From NCBI GenBank assembly GCA_965220075.1, contig OZ244806.1:2648371-2712370 (forward strand): a DNA stretch of 64,000 nucleotides, given 5' to 3'. A program made the position numbers and the translations under genes. Below the pieces are notes generated by a model that was not told the DNA's origin, ran no database searches, and worked only from the letters and a program-made list of their open reading frames with translations. This DNA comes from Chloroflexota bacterium. GTDB taxonomy: Bacteria; Chloroflexota; UBA11872. Positions 40,149 through 48,962 of this stretch are shown here, in pieces (within the stretch, counting starts at the first letter, position 1; each line of letters begins with the position of its first letter).

Positions 40149-42329
40149 TTGCGTGACGTGGCTCTCACGCGCGCCGAGTACGAGCGCGCCTTCGACGAGC
40201 TGGACCGGCCGCCCAACACGCTGGAGCTGGGAATCATCGGGGGGCTATGGAGCGAGCACTGCGGTTACAAGCACTCCCGGCCGTTGCTCAAACGTTTGCC
40301 GGGCAAGGGCGCCAGGGTGCTGTTTGGACCTGGCGAGGAGAACGCCGGCGCGGTCGACATCGGGGATGGCCTGGCCGTGGTGATGAAGGTCGAGAGCCAC
40401 AACCACCCGAGCGCGGTGGAGCCGTTCCAGGGCGCGGCCACCGGGGTGGGCGGGATCCTGCGCGATATCTTCACGATGGGCGCCCGGCCGGTGGCGATTC
40501 TGGACAGCCTGCGGTTCGGCCCGCTGGAGAGCGCCCGCGGCCGTTACCTGGCGAATGGCGTGATCAGCGGCATCGCCTGGTACGGCAACTGCGTCGGTGT
40601 GCCCACGGTGGGCGGCGAGATCGGCGTGGCGCCCTGCTACGCGGGCAATCCGCTCGTGAACGCGCTCTGCGTGGGCGTAGCGCGGCACGAGAACCTCACG
40701 CGGGCCGTGGCTTCCGGCACGGGCAACCAATTGGTTCTGGTAGGAGCGGACACGGGACGCGACGGAATTCACGGCGCCACCTTCGCGTCCGTCGAGGACC
40801 CGGAGGCCTCACACCGGGGCGTGGTGCAGGTCGGCAACCCGTTCATGGAGAAGCTGCTCCTGGAGGCCTGCCTGGAGGTGCTGGGGGGCGGCGCCGTAGT
40901 CGGGCTGCAAGACCTGGGCGCCACGGGCCTTTCCAGCGCTTCCGTGGAGGCCGCGGCGCGCAGCGGAACCGGCGTACGCCTGCATCTGGAGCAGGTAGCG
41001 CGGCGCGCGGACTCCATGACGCCATATGAAGTTATGTTAAGTGAGAGCCAGGAGCGCATGCTCGTTACCGTGGAGCGCGGGCGAGCCTCCGAGGTGCAGG
41101 CAGTATTCGCCAAGTGGGGATTGCACAGCGACGTCGTGGGTGAGGTGACCGACGGTGGGGAGTTGGAAGTCTGCGAAAACGGCGCCCCGCAGGCCGAGCT
41201 TCCCATCCGCATGCTGGTAGACGCCCCTACCTACACCTACCCGATCAAGCGGCCGGCGTACCTCGATGAGGTGCAAGCGCTCGACCCGACACGAGTGCCC
41301 GAGCCCACCGACCTGACCCACGCGTTCAGCAAGATGCTCGAATCACCGAACATCGCGAGCCGGCGCGGTGTGTTCCGGCAGTACGACCACATGGTTGGAA
41401 TCAACACCGTCGCACCGCCCGGCGGGGATGCGGCGGTGTTGCGCGTGAAGGGAACCCGCAAGGGCTTAGCGCTGGCGACCGACGGCAACGCGCGGCTGTG
41501 CTATCTGGACCCACGCGCGGGCGGCGCCCTGGCCGTGGCCGAGGCCACCCGGAACGTGAGCTGCACGGGCGCGGCGCCGATTGCGATCACCAATTGCCTC
41601 AACTTTGGCTCGCCGGAAGACCCGGCGGTGTACTTCCAGCTCGCGGAGGTGGTGGAAGGTATGGCGGCGGCGTGCCGCGTTCTCGACGTTCCGGTCATCA
41701 GCGGCAACGTCAGCCTGTACAACGAGACCGGCGGCAGCGCGATATGGCCCACGCCTGTGATCGGCGCCTTGGGGCTGCTGGAGGACGTCGAGATTCAATG
41801 CAACATCGGATTTCAACAGGCTGGAGACGTAGTAGCGCTGCTGGGGCGAACCGAGCCGGACCTCAGCGGCAGCGAGTACCTGGCCGCGTCGCACGGGCTG
41901 GTGGCGGGCAAGCCGCGCGTCGATCTCGAGCTTGAGAAGCGGCTGCAGGGGCTGGTGCAATACCTGATCCGCGATGGTCTGCTGCAATCGGCGCACGATT
42001 GCGCCGAGGGCGGACTGGCCGTGACCGTGGCCGAATGCGCCTTCGCCGGCGGGTTGGGCGCGGACGTACAGCCCGACCTGGCGGACGCGCGCCCGGACGC
42101 GGCGCTCTTTGCCGAAACGCCCTCGCGCGTAGTGGTAAGCCTGACGCGCGGCAACTGGGATCAGGTGCGGCGGCGCGCGGCCGGCGTCGGCGTGCCGTGC
42201 AACGAGATCGGTGTCGTGGGCGGCAACCGGCTGCGTATAGGTCCCGTAGCGCTGCCGTCGCAGGAGGCGCGGAGTGCGTGGGAGAGCGGGCTCACCAAGG
42301 CGCTCGCCGGAACCGCGTCGGGGGGCTAA
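40149..42329 (+). CDS. purL: FGAM synthase large subunit PurL
   Basis: It has LGIIGGLWSEHCGYKHSR and AIR-synthase-related repeated domains. The start is uncertain (TTG 40149 or GTG 40158); the track ORF begins at 40005. Confidence 0.9.
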   Translation: MRDVALTRAEYERAFDELDRPPNTLELGIIGGLWSEHCGYKHSRPLLKRLPGKGARVLFGPGEENAGAVDIGDGLAVVMKVESHNHPSAVEPFQGAATGVGGILRDIFTMGARPVAILDSLRFGPLESARGRYLANGVISGIAWYGNCVGVPTVGGEIGVAPCYAGNPLVNALCVGVARHENLTRAVASGTGNQLVLVGADTGRDGIHGATFASVEDPEASHRGVVQVGNPFMEKLLLEACLEVLGGGAVVGLQDLGATGLSSASVEAAARSGTGVRLHLEQVARRADSMTPYEVMLSESQERMLVTVERGRASEVQAVFAKWGLHSDVVGEVTDGGELEVCENGAPQAELPIRMLVDAPTYTYPIKRPAYLDEVQALDPTRVPEPTDLTHAFSKMLESPNIASRRGVFRQYDHMVGINTVAPPGGDAAVLRVKGTRKGLALATDGNARLCYLDPRAGGALAVAEATRNVSCTGAAPIAITNCLNFGSPEDPAVYFQLAEVVEGMAAACRVLDVPVISGNVSLYNETGGSAIWPTPVIGALGLLEDVEIQCNIGFQQAGDVVALLGRTEPDLSGSEYLAASHGLVAGKPRVDLELEKRLQGLVQYLIRDGLLQSAHDCAEGGLAVTVAECAFAGGLGADVQPDLADARPDAALFAETPSRVVVSLTRGNWDQVRRRAAGVGVPCNEIGVVGGNRLRIGPVALPSQEARSAWESGLTKALAGTASGG

Positions 42330-42351
42330 GATTGGGCGACGGGCAGGTTCC

Positions 42352-43890
42352 TTGAGGATCCCGCGCCTGCATCCCAACCCCGGCCCGATTTACGAGCCCG
42401 CTTCCGCGGTCGGACCCCCTCGCCTGCGCGAGGCGTGCGGCGTGATTGGCGTCTACGGGCACAGCGAGAACGTAGCCGTCCTGACGTATTTCGCACTCTA
42501 TGCCGTGCAGCACCGCGGACAAGAGAGCGCCGGAATCACAGTCGGCGACGGGCGCGATCTACGCACCATCAAGGGGATGGGGCTGGTCTCGCACGTATTC
42601 GGCGACGTCGACCTGGAGGAGCTCAACGGTCACGTAGCGATCGGCCACTGCCGCTACTCGACCACGGGCTCGACCAACCAGTCGAACATTCAGCCGGTCA
42701 TGCAGCCAACCGACCTGGGGCTGATAACCATCGGCCACAACGGCAACATCGTGAACGCCCTCGCGCTGCGCCACACCTATGCCGGCAACGGCGAGTCGTC
42801 CGACGCCACAACTGATACGGCGGTGATAGGGCGGCTGATTTCGGAGGCGCCGGGCGCGACCATCGCGGAGCGCGTGCAGAACGTCTTGCCGCGGCTGCAA
42901 GGCTCGTACTGCCTGACCATTGCGACGCCCAGCCAGCTGATCGCCGCACGAGACCCCATGGGCAACCGACCGCTGAGCCTCGGGCGGATCAACGGCACCT
43001 GGATGGTTTCCTCCGAGACGTGCGCCCTTGACGCGGCCGGAGCGACTTTCGAGCGCAGCATCCGGCCGGGTGAAATCCTCGTGATCGATGACGCGGGTCC
43101 GCGCTCGATTCAACTGGACGGCCCGCCGCGGCCGGCCACTTGCGCGTTCGAGTACATCTACTTCTCGCGTCCGGACTCGGTGGTGGACGGCGCGCACATT
43201 CACTCCGTGCGGCGTGAAATGGGTCGGCTCCTGGCCCACCAGTCGGCAACCGAAGCTGACTTTGTGATCGGCGTTCCCGATTCCGCGATCGCGGCCGCGA
43301 CCGGCTACGCGGAGGCCAGCGGGCTGCCTTACGCCGACGGGTTCGTACGAAACCGGTACAGCGGGCGGACATTCATCGAGCCCACCCCGCAGCTTCGCAA
43401 GCTGGGTGTGCGGCTGAAGTACAACGCGCTGCCCGCGGTGACGGGCGGCAAGCGGGTGGTCATGGTGGACGACAGCATCGTGCGCGGCACCAATCAAGCG
43501 CACCTGGTGCGTCTGTTGCGCGAGCAGGGCCGCGCCGCCGAGGTGCACGTGCGTATAACGGCGCCGCCCATCCGCTGGCCGTGTTTCCTGGGCATAGACA
43601 TCCCAGATCCGAATGAGCTGATCGCGCACGCCCTCGACGTCGATGCGATCTGCCGGCGCATCGGCGCGGACAGTCTCGACTACCTCACGCACGAGAACCT
43701 CGTGGCGGCGATCGGGGCGTCGCGCGACCATCTGTGCCTGGGCTGCTTTACTCGCGAGTACCCCATTGACGTGCAGCTCGCCTTCGACAAGTTTGCGCTC
43801 GAGCGACCGCATGATTTGGAGACCGCGCCGGTGTTCCCGCACCAGCGCGCACACCGGCAACCGGCGCCACGCGGGGAGCCGCCAGCATAG
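42352..43890 (+). CDS. purF: Amidophosphoribosyltransferase
   Basis: It has the N-terminal nucleophile CGVIGVYGH after a short propeptide and a PRTase motif (VVMVDDSIVRGT). The start is uncertain; the track ORF begins at 42274. Confidence 0.85.
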   Translation: MRIPRLHPNPGPIYEPASAVGPPRLREACGVIGVYGHSENVAVLTYFALYAVQHRGQESAGITVGDGRDLRTIKGMGLVSHVFGDVDLEELNGHVAIGHCRYSTTGSTNQSNIQPVMQPTDLGLITIGHNGNIVNALALRHTYAGNGESSDATTDTAVIGRLISEAPGATIAERVQNVLPRLQGSYCLTIATPSQLIAARDPMGNRPLSLGRINGTWMVSSETCALDAAGATFERSIRPGEILVIDDAGPRSIQLDGPPRPATCAFEYIYFSRPDSVVDGAHIHSVRREMGRLLAHQSATEADFVIGVPDSAIAAATGYAEASGLPYADGFVRNRYSGRTFIEPTPQLRKLGVRLKYNALPAVTGGKRVVMVDDSIVRGTNQAHLVRLLREQGRAAEVHVRITAPPIRWPCFLGIDIPDPNELIAHALDVDAICRRIGADSLDYLTHENLVAAIGASRDHLCLGCFTREYPIDVQLAFDKFALERPHDLETAPVFPHQRAHRQPAPRGEPPA

Positions 43891-44918
43891 GCGCGCCGGC
43901 GTCGGAAGCCTCCGCTTCCAGCTACGCGTCCGCAGGCGTCGACCTCGATCAGGCCCGAGGCATCAAGGACCGTCTGCGGTCGGCTGTTGGACAGGCCCAA
44001 ACGAACGGCGTGCTGCGATCGTTCGGGAGCTTTGGGGGTGCGATCCGGATCCCGGCCGCCCACGAGGAGCCGGTCCTAGTGGCCAGCGTCGATGGAGTGG
44101 GAACGAAGCTGCATCTCGCCATCGAATGGGGCGAGCCGGCGGCGGCGGGACGCGACCTCGTGAATCACTGCCTCAACGACGTAGCCGTAGAGAACGCACG
44201 TCCGATTGCCTTTCTGGACTACGTGGCGTCGGGCGAGCTTGAAGTCTCGGTGGTGGAAGCCCTCGTTACCGGCATGGCGGCGGCCTGCCGGGAGGCTGGC
44301 GTAGCGCTGCTGGGCGGCGAGACGGCGCAAATGCCCGATACGTACCGCGCGGGCGCCTATGACGCCGTAGGCGTGGCCTTAGGCGTGGCCGAGCGCCGGC
44401 AAATGGCCGATCACCGAAAAGTGCACGAAGGCGACGTGTGCGTGGGGCTGCCTTCCACGGGCCTCCATACGAACGGGTACAGCCTGGCGCGGCGCTCAGC
44501 GGCGCGGCACGAGGCCACAACTCTGGTGGGCGGGCAAACGCTGCGGCAGGCGCTGCTCGCGCCGCACCGATCCTACGTTGCCGAGCTCCAATCCGCCTTT
44601 GCGATTCCAGGCGTGTGCGCGGCGGCGCACGTCACCGGCGGCGGATTGCCGGGCAACGTGTCGCGCGTCCTGCCGGACGGCCTGGCCGCCCGGTTGACGC
44701 CGTCGGCATGGACGGCCCCGCCGGTGTTCGACTTCATCCAGGAAGACCTCGAAGTGCCCGAGGCCGAGATGTACCAGGTGTTCAACATGGGAGTCGGGCT
44801 GGTGATCGTCGCGGCGCCCGACGCCGCCGAGCGACTGCTGTGCGAGCTGCCGGAGGCGTTCCGAGCAGGTGAGATAGTGCCGCGGCGCGAGAAGGCGGTG
44901 GAGATAGTTGGCGTGTGA
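43887..44918 (+). CDS. purM: Phosphoribosylformylglycinamidine cyclo-ligase (AIR synthetase); apparent non-canonical start
   Basis: The conserved PurM N-terminus (YASAGVDLDQARGIKDRLRSAV...GSFGG) is translated in frame upstream of the first canonical start (GTG 44010). There is no ATG/GTG/TTG/CTG between the in-frame stop at 43812 and 44010. An ATA at 43887 lies 8 nt after GGGGAG and overlaps the purF TAG stop. Confidence 0.75.
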   Translation: MGAPASEASASSYASAGVDLDQARGIKDRLRSAVGQAQTNGVLRSFGSFGGAIRIPAAHEEPVLVASVDGVGTKLHLAIEWGEPAAAGRDLVNHCLNDVAVENARPIAFLDYVASGELEVSVVEALVTGMAAACREAGVALLGGETAQMPDTYRAGAYDAVGVALGVAERRQMADHRKVHEGDVCVGLPSTGLHTNGYSLARRSAARHEATTLVGGQTLRQALLAPHRSYVAELQSAFAIPGVCAAAHVTGGGLPGNVSRVLPDGLAARLTPSAWTAPPVFDFIQEDLEVPEAEMYQVFNMGVGLVIVAAPDAAERLLCELPEAFRAGEIVPRREKAVEIVGV

Positions 44919-45016
44919 ACCGCGGCGCGGTCACGCGCCGCCGGTACCGGCATCGGATTCTCGACATTGGTCTGCTACCGGAGGGAAAGGCGCCCTCACC
45001 CTAACCCTCTCCCAGA

Positions 45017-45150
45017 GGAGACCTTTGCATAACTGGTCGACACCCCACTCGCAAGCCTCGGATCACCCTCACCCTAGCCCTCTCCCTTCAAGGGAGAGGG
45101 GATAATGCCCGCTCTCCCGCCTCCGCTGGAGAGGTTACGCAAAGGTCTCC
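45017..45150. mobile_element. MITE-like element, variant interior, same 18-bp terminal inverted repeats (GGAGACCTTTGCATAACT / GGTTACGCAAAGGTCTCC)
   Basis: The terminal inverted repeats match the 35878 and 60863 copies. The interior differs and contains CCCTCTCCC-ttcaa-GGGAGAGGG palindromes. Flanks on both sides carry related CCCTCTCCC/GGGAGAGGG motifs. Confidence 0.5.
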
Positions 45151-45253
45151 AGAGGGAGAGGGGAAAGAGGTCCCAGGGGGAGAGGGGAAAGAAGCCCTCT
45201 GCTAAGGCGGGAGCACGGGCCTTTCTTCCGGCGCACGAGGCGCACGGGCCGGC

Positions 45254-45889
45254 GTGATACGCGTAGCCATCCTGGCATCGGGCAAAGGCTCCAATGCGCG
45301 CGCGATCCTGCGAGCGATCCGCGCGGGGCGGCTGGACGCCGAGGTTCCCGTGATCGTCTGCAACCGGGCTCGCGCCGGGGTACTCGACGCCGCGGCGGAG
45401 TTCGGGGTTGCGGCCCCGGTGGTCTTGCGCAACGATTTCCCGACCCGCACGGCGCAGCAGCTGCGCATGCTGGAGATCCTTCAGGAGGCGCGGGTTGACC
45501 TGGTGGCGCTGGCCGGCTGGTCTACCATCTTCAAGCCGCCGGTCCTGCGGGCCTACCCGAACCGGATACTCAATATCCACCCGTCGTTGCTGCCGGCCTT
45601 TGCCGGCAGTATGGCGCCGCGGCCGATCGAGGACGCACTGCGGGCCGGGGTGAAGATCACCGGATGCACCGTGCATCTGGTGGTCGAAGGACAGGTGGAC
45701 GCGGGGCCGCTCGTGGCTCAGTCGGCGGTGCCTGTGCTTCGGAACGACAGCGTGGCGTCTCTGTGGGCACGCATTCAGGAGGCGGAGCACAAGCTGTATC
45801 CCCTGGTGCTGCAGTGGTTCGCGGAAGGCCGCGTGCGCGTCGACGGCGGCGGCGTGCGGGTTGAATCGAAGACCGGCTCGGCCGCGTGA
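45254..45889 (+). CDS. purN: Phosphoribosylglycinamide formyltransferase
   Basis: It has IRVAILASGKGSN and HPSLLPAFAG motifs. Confidence 0.9.
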   Translation: MIRVAILASGKGSNARAILRAIRAGRLDAEVPVIVCNRARAGVLDAAAEFGVAAPVVLRNDFPTRTAQQLRMLEILQEARVDLVALAGWSTIFKPPVLRAYPNRILNIHPSLLPAFAGSMAPRPIEDALRAGVKITGCTVHLVVEGQVDAGPLVAQSAVPVLRNDSVASLWARIQEAEHKLYPLVLQWFAEGRVRVDGGGVRVESKTGSAA

Positions 45890-47439
45890 GCAAACCGCGC
45901 GCCCTGCTAAGCGTCTACGACAGGACCGGCCTGGCCGAGTTCGCCGCAGGCTTGGCCGAGCTCGGCTGGGAGCTCGTGGCCTCGGGCGGGACCGGATCGG
46001 CGTTGAGCGCGGCGGGGATCCGGTGGGTCTCGGTGGAGGAAGTGACGGGCTCGCCCGAGATGCTCGACGGTCGCGTTAAGACGCTGCATCCGGCAATTCA
46101 CGGCGGGTTGCTGGCGCGGCGCGACCGGCCGGAGCACATGCGGGAGCTCCAGGCGCATGCCATCGCGCCGATAGATCTGGTGGCGAGCAACCTCTATCCG
46201 TTCGCCGCGACGCTGGCGCAGTCAGGGAATCGCGACGCGATCATCGAGAACATCGACATCGGCGGACCCACGCTCGAGCGCGCGGCCGCCAAGAATCACG
46301 CGCATGTGTGGATCATCGTCGACCCCGGCGACTACCCGCGCGTGCTCGCAGCGCTGCGCGCGGAGGCGGACGGAGCGGAGTTGCGCCGCGAGCTGGCGGC
46401 GAAAGCGTTCGCCCTCACGGCGTTCTATGACGCGCACGTGGCCGGCTACCTGCAAGCGGAGCTGGCTAAAGACTTCCCGAACCTGCTGACGATCCCGCTG
46501 CGCAAGAAGCAGGACCTGCGCTACGGAGAGAATCCCCATCAGCGGGGCGCCTTCTACGCGGCGGGCGCGCGCGCGCTGGGCGAGGGCGGTTTGGCCGGCA
46601 TCGAGCAGCTGCACGGGCGCGAGCTGTCGTACGTGAACATCCTCGACCTGCAGTCGGCCTGGGCGGCCGCCAACGATTTCGTTGCGCCGGCGGCGGCGAT
46701 CGTCAAGCACACGACGCCCTGCGGCTTGTCGGTGCACCCCGATTCCCAGCAGGAGGCCTATGCGAAAGCCCACGCGGGCGACCCCATGTCAGCCTATGGG
46801 GGGATCGTGGGGTTCAACCGACCGGTCGAGGAGGCCACGGTCGCGGCCATGAAGGGGCACCACTACGACGTCATAGTCGCGCCCGGCTTCGCCCCCGCGG
46901 CCCTTCGGCGCCTGCGGCGCCGTAAGAACCTTCGCATCATCCGCTGGCCCGCGGAGCAGGAACGCTCTTTGCTGCGATTCGAGTCAGCGCAAGCGTGGGG
47001 GCTGGGTGGAGGGTTCCTCGTGCAAGACCCGGATCGGAGTCCCGACGCCGCGCTGGAGATGCTGACCGCGAGCAAGGCAATACCGACGGACGGCGATCTG
47101 GAGCAGCTCCGCTTCGGCCTGTCGGTGATTCGACACGTCAAGTCGAACGCCATCGTGCTGGTACGAGATCACATGCTGGTGGGCGTGGGCTCGGGGCAGG
47201 TGAATCGTGTAAACGCAGTGCGCCAGGCAGTCGAACAGGCGGGCGCAAAGGCGCGCGGGAGCTATCTGGCCTCCGACGCGCTCTTTCCCTTCGCCGACGG
47301 GCCTGAAGCGGCGCTGCGGGCCGGCGTGCGGGCCATGGTCTCGGTGGCGGGCGCCCTGCGGGAGGCCGAAGTGATCGAGACAGTCGACCGGTACGGCGGC
47401 ATTCTGGCGCTGGTAGACGAGCGCCACTTCAAACACTGA
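45886..47439 (+). CDS. purH: Bifunctional AICAR transformylase / IMP cyclohydrolase
   Basis: The 517-aa ORF has MGS-like N-terminal and AICARFT C-terminal domains. Its GTG start overlaps the purN stop by 4 nt. Confidence 0.9.
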   Translation: MSKPRALLSVYDRTGLAEFAAGLAELGWELVASGGTGSALSAAGIRWVSVEEVTGSPEMLDGRVKTLHPAIHGGLLARRDRPEHMRELQAHAIAPIDLVASNLYPFAATLAQSGNRDAIIENIDIGGPTLERAAAKNHAHVWIIVDPGDYPRVLAALRAEADGAELRRELAAKAFALTAFYDAHVAGYLQAELAKDFPNLLTIPLRKKQDLRYGENPHQRGAFYAAGARALGEGGLAGIEQLHGRELSYVNILDLQSAWAAANDFVAPAAAIVKHTTPCGLSVHPDSQQEAYAKAHAGDPMSAYGGIVGFNRPVEEATVAAMKGHHYDVIVAPGFAPAALRRLRRRKNLRIIRWPAEQERSLLRFESAQAWGLGGGFLVQDPDRSPDAALEMLTASKAIPTDGDLEQLRFGLSVIRHVKSNAIVLVRDHMLVGVGSGQVNRVNAVRQAVEQAGAKARGSYLASDALFPFADGPEAALRAGVRAMVSVAGALREAEVIETVDRYGGILALVDERHFKH

Positions 47440-47444
47440 GCGGC

Positions 47445-48944
47445 ATGAAGCAAGGCAGTGACGACGGCGGCGTCCTGCGCGTGCTGATGCTAAGCGCCGA
47501 GCTGGCGCCATTCGCCAAGACCGGCGGTTTGGCCGACGTCGTGCCGGCGCTGTCGAAGACGCTGCGAGGGTTGGGCGTGGACGTGCGTGTCGCCCTGCCC
47601 TGCTACGGATTCATCGACGCCTCCGGGTCCAATCGCACGAAAGCCGTCGACAATGTCGCGGTGCCGATCGGCAGAGCCGTCAGGAGCGCGGCTATCACGG
47701 TCACCGAGGAGGCCGGCGTACCCGTGTATCTGGTGCGCGATTCACATTACTTCGGATCGCGCGACCGCCTCTACGGATACGAGGATGACGGCGAGCGGTT
47801 CATATTCTTTTGCCGGGGCGCCCTGGAGGGCACACGCGCGCTGGGCTGGCGGCCGGACGTCGTTCACTGTCACGACTGGCACTGCGGTCTGGTTCCCAAC
47901 TGGCTGCGCACGACCTTGCGCGGCGATCCGCACTTCGCCTCGATGGCCGCCGTTTTCACGATTCACAACCTCGCGTATCAAGGCCACTTCGGCCGCTCGG
48001 TGCTGGAAGCCGCGGGCTTGGACGCGGACGGGTTCATACCTCATCCCACGCATTCGCATCTCTCCAAGGTGCTCAACTTCATGTCGCGCGGAATCCGCTT
48101 CGCGGATGTGGTGAGCACCGTCAGCACAAGCTACGCCGAGGAGATTCTGGGGCCGGAGCACGGCGAGCACCTCGATCCCGTGCTGCGCGAACGGCGCGAG
48201 CATCTCTTTGGGATCGTGAACGGAATCGACACCGACATCTGGAATCCGGCCGAGGACCCGCACCTGGCCGCGCGCTACGACGTCAATCGCCTGGCCGCGC
48301 GCGCCAAGAACAAGCGGGCGCTGCAGGAGCGCCTGGGTCTGCCGGTTCGGTCCGACGCTCTGCTAATCGGCATGGTGTCACGGCTGGCCGAGCACAAGGG
48401 CTTCGATCTGATCGAGCCGCTCTTGGCACGCATCCCGGACCTGGACGCGCAGCTCGTGGTGCTCGGCGTGGGAGACCCCCGCTATCAAGACATGCTGCGG
48501 CAGGCCGCGGGCGAGTACCCGTCGTGCATCCGGTCGCAGCGCGCATTCGACGACGGCCTGGCGCACTTGATCTACGGCGGGTCGGACGCCCTCCTGATGC
48601 CCTCTCGCTTCGAGCCATGCGGCCTGGGCCAGCTGATCGCGATGCGTTACGGGAGCGTGCCCATCGTGCGTGCGACCGGCGGTCTGGCCGACACCGTGCC
48701 GGATGCGCGCGATTCAGAGGGAACGGGGTTCACATTCTCTCGCTATGACCCGATCGACCTGTTCGGGGCGCTGGCGCGCGCGAGGGAGTCGTTCCGCCAT
48801 TCGCGCGCGTGGCAAGCCATCATGCGGCGCGGCATGGCGCGGGACGCATCCTGGAACGCGCCGGCCGAGCGGTATTTGGCCCTGTATGAGCGGGCGCGCG
48901 TAGGCAAGCGTGCAATGCAGCCGACGGGCGCCGCTCCCGACTGA
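47445..48944 (+). CDS. glgA: Glycogen (starch) synthase, GT5
   Basis: It has the N-terminal KTGGLADVV motif and a GT-B fold. Confidence 0.85.
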   Translation: MKQGSDDGGVLRVLMLSAELAPFAKTGGLADVVPALSKTLRGLGVDVRVALPCYGFIDASGSNRTKAVDNVAVPIGRAVRSAAITVTEEAGVPVYLVRDSHYFGSRDRLYGYEDDGERFIFFCRGALEGTRALGWRPDVVHCHDWHCGLVPNWLRTTLRGDPHFASMAAVFTIHNLAYQGHFGRSVLEAAGLDADGFIPHPTHSHLSKVLNFMSRGIRFADVVSTVSTSYAEEILGPEHGEHLDPVLRERREHLFGIVNGIDTDIWNPAEDPHLAARYDVNRLAARAKNKRALQERLGLPVRSDALLIGMVSRLAEHKGFDLIEPLLARIPDLDAQLVVLGVGDPRYQDMLRQAAGEYPSCIRSQRAFDDGLAHLIYGGSDALLMPSRFEPCGLGQLIAMRYGSVPIVRATGGLADTVPDARDSEGTGFTFSRYDPIDLFGALARARESFRHSRAWQAIMRRGMARDASWNAPAERYLALYERARVGKRAMQPTGAAPD

Positions 48945-48962
48945 GCCGCCGGGAGGGCGGCT
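48944..48962. terminator. Bidirectional hairpin (AGCCGCC-GGGAG-GGCGGCT) between convergent glgA and tsaD
   Basis: The 7-bp perfect G+C-rich stem overlaps both stop codons. There is no U-tract, as expected in a high-G+C genome. Confidence 0.35.

Noticed and set aside
42559-43860. 433-aa minus-strand ORF.
   Set aside because: It is antisense to purF. It is a shadow ORF.
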